Positions 7,796 to 17,390 of a DNA stretch of 64,000 nt are shown here, piece by piece. Both the position numbers and the translations under genes were made by a program. The stretch covers positions 1 to 64,000 of the forward strand of contig JANRJK010000028.1 in NCBI GenBank assembly GCA_033764015.1. Direction: 5' to 3'. Position 1 is the stretch's first letter; each line of letters starts with the position of its first letter. The notes under the pieces were generated by a model. The model saw only the letters and a list, made by a program, of their open reading frames with translations. It was not told the DNA's origin and made no database searches. The stretch comes from Candidatus Sumerlaeia bacterium. Lineage in GTDB: Bacteria > Sumerlaeota > Sumerlaeia > SLMS01 > JANRJK01.

Positions 7796-10030
7796 TTAGT
7801 TGTCCTCCACCACCATCAGGCTCTCGGGATTCATCACCGCGATGTCGTCGCCGATGACGAGGCCCCACTTCGCGTGATAGTGATGGGCGAACTCGTGGCG
7901 GAGGTGGTGCAGCCCCTCGCACACCTCGACCAACGCGCCGGCCTTGAGCGCCGCGTCGAACGAGTTCTGGTTGATCGAGATGGTGTACGGTTGCAGCGCA
8001 CGGAACCGGTTGCGCAGCCCGCCGTCGCCGCGCGCGATGGCGGCTTGCAGCCCGCCCACCGCCTGCATCGCGTCGTCGTAGGGGACGACCACCGGGCGTG
8101 TGAAGCAGTCCTCGATGAGCTTGAATTTCTCGGCGACGGTGGCGAAGTTGAACTGCGCCCGGTGTGACTGGATGAGCTTCTCGTCAAGATCTCTCCCAGA
8201 ATAGAGTTTCCTAAAGAAGCTCTCCTGGGATCTCGGGTCGTCTGCGTCTAGGGTTTGACCCTCCTCCCGAAGCATCCCAATCGCGGTGTCGAGGGCGAGC
8301 TGAGGCACTCCCTTTGGCGGATTCGACGGCGCGTGGAATACGACGACGCGGCCCTCCGCGTGGCGGCCCTCGCGGTTGCAGCGCCCGGCGGCCTGCACGA
8401 CGGAGTGGAGTCCCCCCAACGCGCGGAACACGACGGGGAAGTCCACATCGACACCGGCCTCGATGAGCTGCGTCGAGACCAGCAGGCACGGCTCGCCGTC
8501 ATGCAGCCGACGGCGCACCTCGCCGAGCACCTCGAGCCGATGCGCTGGACACATGAGGGCGGAGAGGTGGAGCACGCGCGCGGGATCGACGCGTTGTTCA
8601 AGGAGCTGCGCCAACTCGCGGGCGTCCGCGCGCCGGTGGGTGACGACCAGCGCCGCGTGCTCGCGGGAGACCTCGTCGGCGAGGGCGGGCCACTCGACCG
8701 GTGGCGCGTCCGGCGCGGGCCAATGGTAGCGGACGCGCCGCAGCCGCGCCGCCAGCGCGACCGGATCGGGGACGATCTCGCGGACGCCTTCGAGGCCGAA
8801 GTTGAACCCCGTGCGCTTGCGCAGCGCGGGTGGCGTCGCGGTCGAGAGCACCACGCTGCAGCCGTAGTGGGCGGATAGCTGCCGGAGCCCGTCGAGGATC
8901 GTCATCAGCAGCTCCGGCGGGAGCGACTGCACCTCGTCGAGGATCACCGCGCTGCGGGCGATGTTGTGGAGCTTTCGCGCGCGCGACGGGTGGTTGGTGA
9001 AGAGCGACTCGAAGAACTGGACCGTGGTGGTGACGACGATCGGCGCGTCCCAGTTTTCCGCGGCGAGGTCCTGCCAGTCCGCGACCGCCTCGCCGGCCTC
9101 GCGCTTGCGGCGTTCGATGTCGAGGTTGCTGTGGTGCTCGAGGACGTTTTCGGCGCCGAACACGCGGGCATAGGCGCGCGCGTTCTGCTCGATGATGCTG
9201 GTGAAAGGGATCACGACGATCGCGCGGCGGAGTCCGTGGGCGGCGGCGTGGTGGAGTGCGAACCGCATCGCGGCGAGCGTCTTTCCGCCGCCAGTCGGAA
9301 CCGTGAGAGAGAAGAATCCCGGGGGGAGCGCGGCGGCTTCGCGGCAGGCGCGGGAGACTTCGGCGCGGGCGCGGTTCACGTCGCGGGCGCGCGCCGCGCC
9401 GTCCAGCCCGGCCTCGATGCGGGTGAGTTCGACTTCGAGCATGGGCGCAAGTTCGGCGGGGCTGGCTCCGGTGCCGGAGCGGCGCGTCTTCGCGTCGTGC
9501 GAGGTGAACTCCTCCGTGCAGAGCCGGTCCGCATCGACGAGGGCGGAGAACAGCATCCGCGTCCAGAACTCGCACGCGAGCTTGTCCTTCACCCATGCGG
9601 GGGGCTTGGGGAGCGGGCGCGCGAGCAGCTCCGGGGGCGCGTTCGACTTTGAGTCGGGCCATTCCTCCTTGCGGGCTCTGTCGAGCCGGTCCTTCAGCGC
9701 CATCGGGTCGCTCCAGTTCACGAGCCCCGTGTGGTGCCCGGCGATCACGGCGGCGAGGGGTTGGCCAAGGCCGGGGTCGCGCTCGAGGGCGAGGCAGGCG
9801 CCGGCGCCGGAATGGGGCTGGGAAACGGTTGGGTCTTCGAGGCGGCGCTGGAAGCGCGGGTGGTACTTCCCAAGGTCGTGCCAGAGCCCGGCGACGCGGC
9901 CCCAGGGGGCGGAGTCGAAGGCGGCGGCGTGGGCTTCGGCGCGCGCGGCGACCTCGGCGAGGTGGCGTTCGAGGGGCTCCCAAGTGGAACGGTCTTGGGA
10001 GGGCGTGGTGTGGGCGAAGAAGTCAGGCAA
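7796..10030 (-). CDS. cas3: CRISPR-associated HD nuclease/helicase Cas3
   Basis: WHDLGK and GHH HD motifs, VPTGGGKT, LDEVQ, QAAGRCNREG. Probable TTG start at 10030 with GGAGG upstream. Confidence 0.96.
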   Translation of the reverse strand: MPDFFAHTTPSQDRSTWEPLERHLAEVAARAEAHAAAFDSAPWGRVAGLWHDLGKYHPRFQRRLEDPTVSQPHSGAGACLALERDPGLGQPLAAVIAGHHTGLVNWSDPMALKDRLDRARKEEWPDSKSNAPPELLARPLPKPPAWVKDKLACEFWTRMLFSALVDADRLCTEEFTSHDAKTRRSGTGASPAELAPMLEVELTRIEAGLDGAARARDVNRARAEVSRACREAAALPPGFFSLTVPTGGGKTLAAMRFALHHAAAHGLRRAIVVIPFTSIIEQNARAYARVFGAENVLEHHSNLDIERRKREAGEAVADWQDLAAENWDAPIVVTTTVQFFESLFTNHPSRARKLHNIARSAVILDEVQSLPPELLMTILDGLRQLSAHYGCSVVLSTATPPALRKRTGFNFGLEGVREIVPDPVALAARLRRVRYHWPAPDAPPVEWPALADEVSREHAALVVTHRRADARELAQLLEQRVDPARVLHLSALMCPAHRLEVLGEVRRRLHDGEPCLLVSTQLIEAGVDVDFPVVFRALGGLHSVVQAAGRCNREGRHAEGRVVVFHAPSNPPKGVPQLALDTAIGMLREEGQTLDADDPRSQESFFRKLYSGRDLDEKLIQSHRAQFNFATVAEKFKLIEDCFTRPVVVPYDDAMQAVGGLQAAIARGDGGLRNRFRALQPYTISINQNSFDAALKAGALVEVCEGLHHLRHEFAHHYHAKWGLVIGDDIAVMNPESLMVVEDN

Positions 10031-10511
10031 CGGGGGCCTCCGCGGGAAGTGGATGGGTGGACATGGTTGGCTCTCCCGGCGCGATATTCGCCAAAGATTC
10101 GACGCCTGGGACCCGTCGTCGAGCGGAATCGGTCGGGCGCGGATGGCAAGATGACCCCAGCGACGTGTTTGACCGGATTGAGGTGGGGGAAAGGTGGCGC
10201 TCAGGAACGGGCAGATCGGACGCAGCGGACCCATCGGGGGGCGCGGGGCGGCACGGCGCACGCAGCGGCGTGAAGGGGGCACGGGCGGATCGGATTGGCG
10301 TGAAAGGGCGCGGCGCGCCGCGGACCTCACGGGGTTTCCCCGATTTTGGCGCTCCCGTGCGGCCTCGCCGGGGTGGCCGGGGATGAACCGGGGAAGGTCC
10401 GGTTAGTGGCCGGTGGTGGGCCGGTGAAGCACTCGGGGCCGAATCGCGGGAATTCCCGGAGCGCTGCGGGGAAGGCCCCCGATTTTTCGCCGCCCGGGGA
10501 AAGGTTGGCGG

Positions 10512-11615
10512 CTAGGACTCCGCCCGGTCGGCAATCAGGCGGCGGTAAAGCGCGGCGTAGCGTTCCGCGGCGGCGTCGAGGGAGTAGGCCTCCGCGCGGC
10601 GGCGGGCTTCGGCGGACATCTCCGCGAGGCGGGCGGCGTCGAGCGACTTCGCCGCGGCGACCCACGCGGGGAGTTCGTCGGGGAGGCACTCGCCCGCGCG
10701 GCTGTCGCCGAGCATTTCGCGGTATGGCGGGATGTCGCTGAGGAGGAAGCCGCGCGCCTCGGCGCAGGCCTCGAGGAGGGCGTTGGAGAAGCCTTCGCGC
10801 TCGCTCATGGAGGCGAAGAGGTGCGCGGCGCGGAGGTGCGGTTTCACGTCCGCAACGGCGCCGGGGAAGGCGACTCGGTCCGCGACGCCAAGCGACGCCG
10901 CGCGGTCGCGCACCTCGGCGAAGAGCGGTCCGTCGCCGACCAGCTCAAGGTGTACTGCAAGCCCCGCGTCGCGGCAGGCGGCAACCCATTCGACCATTCG
11001 CGCGAGACGCTTGGCCTTTACGAAGCGGCCGGTCCACACGGCGCGGAGCGGTTCGCCCAGGGCGTAGGGCGGCAAGGGAGCGGACGATTCCGGCAGCTCG
11101 GCGCCGTTGGGCAGCGTGTGGATGCGCTCCGGGGGCAGGCCCGCGGCGCGGAGCGGTTCGGCGACCGACTCGGAGACCGCCACGTAGGCGTCGGGGACGT
11201 TGCGGAGCAGGCGCGCGGTGCGCCGCTGGCTGGCGCCGAAGAAGGGCGTCTGGCTGTGGTAGCTCGCCACCGCGGCCCACGGGCGCCGCCCGAGCGACGC
11301 CGCCATCACGGCGACGTTGGCCGCGTACATGTGTCCGTGCAGGATGTTGGCGCCGCGAGCGCGCGCGAGGCGCCGCAGCCGCAGCACGCCGAGCGGATCG
11401 AGGCGGCTGCGGAACGGCGCGAGGTGGAGCGGCACGGCGAGGCGTTCGAGTTCGGCGGCGAGCTCGCCCCGCGCGCCGATGCACACCACTTCCGTCTCGA
11501 TGCCGAGCGGCCGCAGGCGCGGCAGCGCCTTGAGCAGCATCCGCTGGACCCCGCCCATCTGCAGGTCGGGGATCACGCGGAGCACCTTGATCGGCGGAAC
11601 GTCGCGGCGCGTCAG
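10512..11615 (-). CDS. Glycosyltransferase family 4 (start uncertain)
   Basis: IKVLRVIPDLQMGGVQR, GRFVKAK, VGDGP, SEREGFSNALLEA (EX7E) motifs. Confidence 0.88.
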   Translation of the reverse strand: MTRRDVPPIKVLRVIPDLQMGGVQRMLLKALPRLRPLGIETEVVCIGARGELAAELERLAVPLHLAPFRSRLDPLGVLRLRRLARARGANILHGHMYAANVAVMAASLGRRPWAAVASYHSQTPFFGASQRRTARLLRNVPDAYVAVSESVAEPLRAAGLPPERIHTLPNGAELPESSAPLPPYALGEPLRAVWTGRFVKAKRLARMVEWVAACRDAGLAVHLELVGDGPLFAEVRDRAASLGVADRVAFPGAVADVKPHLRAAHLFASMSEREGFSNALLEACAEARGFLLSDIPPYREMLGDSRAGECLPDELPAWVAAAKSLDAARLAEMSAEARRRAEAYSLDAAAERYAALYRRLIADRAES

Positions 11616-13504
11616 AACAGGATCCAGTCCTGGACGCCCGTGTGGGCGAGGTTCGTCTGGCTGAAGGCGAGGATGCTGTACGGCGGCAGCTTGATCCCGG
11701 CGGAGGTGGGGAGGCCGTCCTGGGCCGCGCCCGCCGCCGTGATGGTGCCGTTGACGACGCCGCCGCCGCTGTACTCGGAGCGGTCCGAGTTGAGCACCTC
11801 GTACCAGGTGCCCGCCTGCGGGAAGCCGAGGTTGTAGGTGGCGAAGTTCGTGGCGGACATGTTGGCCACGACGTGCGTCACGTCGCCGCCGAGGTCGTAG
11901 CGCTGGAAGGCGAGCACCGCGGCGCCGTTGTTGACGTGCGTGACCTGCACGCCGCTGTCGGCGAGGAGGCTGCCGCGGGTGGTGCGGAGCTGGACCGCGC
12001 GCGCGAAGAAGTCGTAGTAGGGGCTGTTGAAGCCCATGAAGCCCCACCAGATGCGGTCGCCGGAGCCGTCGCCGAAGTTCTTGTCTTCGAGGAATTCCTG
12101 GCCCATGAGGAGCATGGGTGTCCCGGGGCTGAGGATGGTGAGCGCTCCGGAGACCTTGGCCATCGACTTGGCGCGCGCGCTGGACGGGTTGGCCGAGTCG
12201 ATGATCTTGACCGTGCGCCCGGTGGTGGCGGCCTCGTCGTGGCTTTCGACATAGCGGATCGCCTCGGCGTTCGAGCCGCCCCAGCCGGTGTTCACGATCG
12301 TGGTGGCGATGGCGGAGACGTCCGGGAGCGCGGCGGAGTTGTACTTGGCGAGTTCGGCGCGCATCACGTCGCCGTAGTTGTCGACCCACTGCATGTCGTA
12401 GCCGGCGCCGCCGGAGCCGCGCGGCGTGGTGATCAGGCTGTTGTTCGGCAGCTCTTCCGCGATCGACACGCCGCGCGGGTTGGCGGCGCGGACGCGGTCG
12501 GTGAGGTCGCCGGTGAGGAGCCAGCCTTCGCCCAGCTCCCCGCAGTAGCCGCGCATGTACGCGGTCGCGTCCACGCGGATGCCGTCCAGGCGGTACTCGG
12601 TCATCCAATGCGTGACGTTCTGGCGGATCATCTCGGAGACTTGGTACTGCGTGTACTTGGGGCGGGTGTCGCCCCAAGGGGTGCTGCCGGCGCAGTTGAC
12701 GCCGAAGAAGTAGATGTTCGCCGGTCCGTCGAAGTCCCAGAGGTTGTTCTCGGTGTTCGACGTGTGGTTGTACACCACGTCGAGGAGGACGCCGATGCCG
12801 TTCTGGTGGAGCGTGTCGACCATGTAGCGGAAGTCGTCCGGCGTGCCGTAGTCGCTTTCCGGCGCGAAGAAGTGGACCGGGTTGTAGCCCCAGGACGTGG
12901 CGGGGAACTCGTGGACCGGGAGGATCTTCACCATGTTCACCCCGAGGTCCTTGAGGTGGTTCAAGTGGAGGTCGACCACGTCGCGGAACTTGCCGGGGTA
13001 GCTGACGCCGCCGTCGCCGTTGCCGGAAAAGGTGCCGACGTGGAGCTGGTAGATGACCATGTTGTTCTTGTCGGGCGTCTGCCAGCCGGTGGCCTGCCAG
13101 TTGTAGGCGGTGCCGCTGGGGCGGATGATCGAGTTGCCGGTCGTGTTGATCGTGTCGCGCGAGTAGGGGTCGTTCTTGTAGGCGGTGCCGTAGGTGGGGC
13201 GGTTGGGGTAGAACTTGTACTCCTGGCCGCTGGTGGCGGCGGGCACCCAGACGCTCCAGATGCCGGAGCCTGCGTCGAGCGTCATGGGCGTGGCGCTGGT
13301 GCTCCAGCTATTGAACTGCCCGGTGGCGTGGACGCTGATCGCGTTCGGGGCCCAGACCCGGAAGACGACGCCGCCGCCGTCGCCCGGAGGCACGATGTTG
13401 GCCCCGAGGGGGTAGGTCGCGATGTCCGGCGCCGCGAAGAGGGCGCTGGTGGCGAGGAGTGCCGCGGCGAAGGCGGCGGTGCGGGCGGTGCGGCGGAAGG
13501 ACAT
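11612..13504 (-). CDS. Secreted GH13 alpha-amylase-family enzyme with CBM48 (branching enzyme/trehalohydrolase-like)
   Basis: Signal peptide; FRVWAPNA, WGYNP, DVVYNH, RVDA (nucleophile), IAEE, ESHDE. Confidence 0.88.
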   Translation of the reverse strand: MSFRRTARTAAFAAALLATSALFAAPDIATYPLGANIVPPGDGGGVVFRVWAPNAISVHATGQFNSWSTSATPMTLDAGSGIWSVWVPAATSGQEYKFYPNRPTYGTAYKNDPYSRDTINTTGNSIIRPSGTAYNWQATGWQTPDKNNMVIYQLHVGTFSGNGDGGVSYPGKFRDVVDLHLNHLKDLGVNMVKILPVHEFPATSWGYNPVHFFAPESDYGTPDDFRYMVDTLHQNGIGVLLDVVYNHTSNTENNLWDFDGPANIYFFGVNCAGSTPWGDTRPKYTQYQVSEMIRQNVTHWMTEYRLDGIRVDATAYMRGYCGELGEGWLLTGDLTDRVRAANPRGVSIAEELPNNSLITTPRGSGGAGYDMQWVDNYGDVMRAELAKYNSAALPDVSAIATTIVNTGWGGSNAEAIRYVESHDEAATTGRTVKIIDSANPSSARAKSMAKVSGALTILSPGTPMLLMGQEFLEDKNFGDGSGDRIWWGFMGFNSPYYDFFARAVQLRTTRGSLLADSGVQVTHVNNGAAVLAFQRYDLGGDVTHVVANMSATNFATYNLGFPQAGTWYEVLNSDRSEYSGGGVVNGTITAAGAAQDGLPTSAGIKLPPYSILAFSQTNLAHTGVQDWILF

Positions 13505-13718
13505 CGTGATCTCCGATTATCCAGTGGATGAATGTACGATATCCGGGGCGCGGCGGGATGCTAGCGGAACCTCGCGCCGCCGTTCGATTTCCGCGCGCGG
13601 CGGGCGTCCTGAATCCGTGCTCGAATTCCCTCACAATCATTGACCGGTTTCCCCGCCGTCCGCATGGTCATGCTCCGGCAGTACCGCAACCGGGGCCCGG
13701 CCCCAAGGCGAGGACTCG

Positions 13719-14801
13719 ATGCCCATGTCCGAATCGGTCCGCATGCTGGTGGTGGACGACGACGAGATGATCCGCGACGTGCTGACGCGCGTGGCGGAGG
13801 ACCTCGGCTGGAGCGCCGACACGGCGGCGAGCGGCGGCGAGGCGATCGACAAGTGCCGCGCCGGCGGCGACTACCAGGTCTGCCTCCTGGACGTGCGCAT
13901 GCCCGGCATCTCGGGCATCGACGCGCTCCCGGAAATCCTCAAGCACAGCAACGAGCTCGCGGTCCTGATCCTCACCGGCCACGCGGACGTCGACGCGTCC
14001 GTGCGCGCGCTCAAGCTGGGCGCCTACGATTTCCTCCTCAAGCCCGTGGACCTGATGATCCTCGAGCAGCGGATCATCAAGGCGCTCGAGTGGCGTTCGC
14101 ACCGGCTCGAGCGGAAGCGCTACCTGCGCGAGGTCGAGACCCTCGCGGCGCATCGCGCGAACGAGCTGGACGCCGTGCGGCGCGCCATCATCTTCGGCCT
14201 CGTGCGCCTCACCGGCTGCCGGGACGGGGAGACGGGGCTGCACCTCGCGCGCATGCAGCGCTACTGCGTCGAGATCGCGAAGGGGCTGCGCGACATGGGG
14301 CTCCACCGTTCGACGCTCACGGACCAGTACCTGGACGACCTGTTCGAGAGCGCGCCGCTGCACGACGTGGGCAAGATCGGCATCCCGGACGCGATCCTCC
14401 GCAAGCCCGGGGCGCTCACGCCGGAGGAGCGCGAGGTGATGATGGAGCACACCACCATCGGCCACGAGGCGCTGCTGCAGATCCGCGAGAAGGTGGGCAC
14501 GCAGACCTTCCTCGACCTCGGGATCGAGATCGCGGGGCACCACCACGAGCGCTGGGACGGCAGCGGCTACCCGAAGGGCCTGAAGGGGCACGAAATCCCG
14601 CTTTCGGCGCGCATCACCGCGCTCGCCGACGTGTACGACGCCATGACCGTCAGCCGCATCTACCGCGCGAAGCCGTACCCCTACGCCGACGTCATCGACT
14701 ACATCACCGCCAACCGCGGGAAGCACTTCGACCCCGACGTGGTGGAGGCGTTCCTGCACAGCGAGCAGGCGGTTCGGTCGATCAAGGAAGAGCTGGTCTA
14801 G
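13719..14801 (+). CDS. Response regulator with HD-GYP c-di-GMP phosphodiesterase domain
   Basis: REC domain (VVDDD, LLDVRMP, KP) plus LHDVGK and HHERWDGSGYP. Confidence 0.93.
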   Translation: MPMSESVRMLVVDDDEMIRDVLTRVAEDLGWSADTAASGGEAIDKCRAGGDYQVCLLDVRMPGISGIDALPEILKHSNELAVLILTGHADVDASVRALKLGAYDFLLKPVDLMILEQRIIKALEWRSHRLERKRYLREVETLAAHRANELDAVRRAIIFGLVRLTGCRDGETGLHLARMQRYCVEIAKGLRDMGLHRSTLTDQYLDDLFESAPLHDVGKIGIPDAILRKPGALTPEEREVMMEHTTIGHEALLQIREKVGTQTFLDLGIEIAGHHHERWDGSGYPKGLKGHEIPLSARITALADVYDAMTVSRIYRAKPYPYADVIDYITANRGKHFDPDVVEAFLHSEQAVRSIKEELV

Positions 14802-15160
14802 AAGCGGCCGAGCAGCCTCGGGAGGAAGAGCGCGGCGCCCACCACGACCGCGGCGGCGGCGGCGACCAGCACGGCGCCCGCGGCGGCGTCCTTCGCGAGC
14901 CGAGCCCGCGGGTCGCGCCGCGGACAGGCCAGGTCGACCGCGCGCTCCACCGCCGTGTTGACCAGCTCGAGGGCGATCACGAGCGCGCAGGCGATGGCGA
15001 GCACCGCCCATTCGAGCCGCGGGAGGCCGAGCGCGACGCCGGCGGCGACCGCGCAGAGCGCCGCGAGGAGGTGGACCCGCATGTGGCGCTCCGCGCGAGC
15101 GGCGTCGCGGATGCCGCGCAGCGCGTCCGCCAGCGCCCGGTGGAAGCCGCGGCGCCTCAC
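14798..15160 (-). CDS. dgkA: Diacylglycerol/undecaprenol kinase family membrane protein
   Basis: ALRGI...ERHMRVHL, LELVNTAVERAVDL, AKDAAAGAVL; GTG start overlapping the upstream stop. Confidence 0.85.
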   Translation of the reverse strand: MRRRGFHRALADALRGIRDAARAERHMRVHLLAALCAVAAGVALGLPRLEWAVLAIACALVIALELVNTAVERAVDLACPRRDPRARLAKDAAAGAVLVAAAAAVVVGAALFLPRLLGRF

Positions 15161-15924
15161 AGCATCTCGAACACGAGCGGATTCGCGTACAGGACGAAGA
15201 CCGGCGTGCCGGGGGCGGGGATCGCGGACTTGTCGTTGAATCCGGGGGGTACGCCGGCTTCCGTGCCGATCAGCGGGAGCCCCTCGGGCGTGTTGAACTG
15301 GTAGCGGACGCGGAGCGAGTGGTTCCCTTCGCCGTCGCTCACCCGTTCGGCGGCGAGCACGGCTCCGGTGAGCAGCTTCCGGTGGCGCCGGAAGGCGAGG
15401 TAGCGTTTCACCGCGCTCCGGAGCATCGCCGCGCCGATCAGCGGAATGCACAAGAGCAGGACGCTGATGAACGCGAGCCCGGCGGCGACCGACCCGGCGC
15501 TCGACTGCCCGTGCTCGATGCGCGACACCTCGGGGGACGCGGCGAGGTACACGACCGCGGTGCCGCTCCCCAGGGTGGCGGCCTTGTAGAAGTTCGAGCG
15601 CACCTTGCGGACGCCGCTCTCGTAGCTCCGCCCATCCACCTCGTAGGACCAGGCGGCGTAGTAGGTCGTCGAGTCGCCGCTCCGGCGCGAGTCGAGGCGC
15701 GTGATGCGCCCGGTCGTCTCCAACACCGGCTCGCGGAGGAACCGGATCGGTTCACGGGCTTTGAAGAAGAGCGCGATGGCGCCCCAGAAGACCAGCGCGG
15801 AGACGAGCGCCAGCGCCATGGCGCCGGGGACGTGCTGCTCGACGGGCGACTTCGCGAAGCGGCGCTGGCCAAGCGGGTCCATGGCCTTCTTGGGGTCCAT
15901 GACGAAGAAGTCGGCGGCGTTCAT
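15157..15924 (-). CDS. Membrane protein, DUF3592-like
   Basis: Two TM segments flanking GRIT...Y.Y.VDG..Y...VVYL...PE.SR; repeated in the C-terminal half. Confidence 0.55.
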   Translation of the reverse strand: MNAADFFVMDPKKAMDPLGQRRFAKSPVEQHVPGAMALALVSALVFWGAIALFFKAREPIRFLREPVLETTGRITRLDSRRSGDSTTYYAAWSYEVDGRSYESGVRKVRSNFYKAATLGSGTAVVYLAASPEVSRIEHGQSSAGSVAAGLAFISVLLLCIPLIGAAMLRSAVKRYLAFRRHRKLLTGAVLAAERVSDGEGNHSLRVRYQFNTPEGLPLIGTEAGVPPGFNDKSAIPAPGTPVFVLYANPLVFEML

Positions 15925-15988
15925 CTCGCGTCCCCGCGGTTCGGTTGAGTCCCGCATCCTGTACGCCCCCGGGGTGCGGGGCATTCAA

Positions 15989-17248
15989 TCAGCGGCGCCG
16001 TTTCCTCCGGCGGCCGCCGCGGCCCTTCTCCTTTTTCCCTCCCTCCTGCGGGGGGGCGTCCTCGGGGGGATCGCCGGCGTCGGCGCGCGCCTCCGGGCGT
16101 GGGGGCTTCGCCTTGGGGCGCCGGAGCCTTCGGCGCTTGCCGGGGCCTTCCGGGGGATCCTGTTCGAGCGGGATGTCGGCGTCCGGCGGCGGCGCCTTCG
16201 GCAGCGGCGGCGGGGCCTTGGCGAGCCGGGCGCGGCGGGGCGGAGGCGGCGCTTCGGGGAGGGAAGGGGGGGGCGTGTCGTCCGCGGCGCGTTCGATCCG
16301 TCCCTTGGGGGGGCGTGGCCGGCGGCCGGGCCGGTCCGTCTTCGGCTCCTCCTCGGGGGGAGGGGGGTCCGCCGGCTTGGCCTCCTTCAGGCGGGGTGCG
16401 AACTTGGCGCCGAACTTGGCCATCTGCTCCGGCACCTGCACCTCGGCGCCCTCCATCTCGTCGGCGAGGATCGTCGCGAGCGCGCCGTCCTCCGTGCGGA
16501 CCAGGTAGCTGCGGCGGATCAGGTTGCGGTCGACGACGACGCCGCGCTTGCCGTTGTGGGTGATCGTGGCGCCCTTGGGGATCGCGCCCTTGCTCATTTC
16601 GCGGTACTGGTCGACCTCGTAGGACAGGCAGCACAGGAAGCGGCCGCACTGTCCCATGAGCTTCACCGGGGGGACCTGGAGTTCCTGGTCGCGCGCCATG
16701 CGGGCGTTCACCGGGTGGAAGTCCTGCATGTAGCTGGAGCAGCAGGTGCGCTCGCCGCAGACACCGTAGCCGTCGAGCATCTTGGCTTCGTCGCGGGCGC
16801 CGACCTGCCACAGCTCGACGCGGGAGCGGAGCATCATCGAGAGGTCGCGCACGAGGAGGCGGAAGTCGACCCGCTGGTCCGCAGTGAAGTGGTAGAGCAC
16901 GCGCTGGCTCTGGGCGAGGTAGCGCGCCGCCGAGAACTTCATGGCGAGGCCGTGGGCCTCGGCGCGGTCGCGGGCCAGGGCCATGGCGCGCTTCTCCACG
17001 GCGCGGCGCTCCCAGTAGGATTCGACCTCCTCCGGCGTCGCCCTGCGGAGCACGGCGGGGTAAGGTGCCGGACGGCGGTCGAGGTGCTCCGTCGCGCGGT
17101 ACTCGACCGTCGCCACGAAGCCGATGTCCTGCTCCTCGTCGCGGCGCACCACCACGAAGTCGTCCGCCCGCGGGTTGTCGAGGGGGCCTGGCAGGTAGTA
17201 GACGGGCATGTCGAGGGCGCTGAATTTGACGGCGAGCAATGCGGGCAT
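15989..17248 (-). CDS. ricT: PSP1-domain RicT/YaaT family protein with Pro-rich tail
   Basis: FTADQRVDFRLLVRDL, RVELWQVGARDEAK, GVCGERTCC, GQCGRFLCCLSYE. Confidence 0.88.
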   Translation of the reverse strand: MPALLAVKFSALDMPVYYLPGPLDNPRADDFVVVRRDEEQDIGFVATVEYRATEHLDRRPAPYPAVLRRATPEEVESYWERRAVEKRAMALARDRAEAHGLAMKFSAARYLAQSQRVLYHFTADQRVDFRLLVRDLSMMLRSRVELWQVGARDEAKMLDGYGVCGERTCCSSYMQDFHPVNARMARDQELQVPPVKLMGQCGRFLCCLSYEVDQYREMSKGAIPKGATITHNGKRGVVVDRNLIRRSYLVRTEDGALATILADEMEGAEVQVPEQMAKFGAKFAPRLKEAKPADPPPPEEEPKTDRPGRRPRPPKGRIERAADDTPPPSLPEAPPPPRRARLAKAPPPLPKAPPPDADIPLEQDPPEGPGKRRRLRRPKAKPPRPEARADAGDPPEDAPPQEGGKKEKGRGGRRRKRRR

Positions 17249-17390
17249 GGGGGTTTTCCGGGCGGTGCTTTGGACGCAGTATCTCGCCCCGCGCGGGGCC
17301 GGGTTGCAAGCACTGCGCGCATTGCCCGTTGATCCGGTGCGGCGACCCGCGCCAGCAACATCGGCAACATCCACCCCGAGGACCCGCCGC

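Noticed and set aside
7456..7922. ORFs 7456-7857 (+) and 7632-7922 (-) as a small protein toxin
   Set aside because: They overlap the tRNA, the mini-array and cas3, have no clear RBS and no recognisable protein features. A very short peptide cannot be fully excluded.
10031..10330. 100-aa N-terminal extension of Cas3 in the ORF track
   Set aside because: Low-complexity Arg/Pro sequence. The TTG at 10030 with a GGAGG SD directly precedes the usual 'AH' start of the HD domain.
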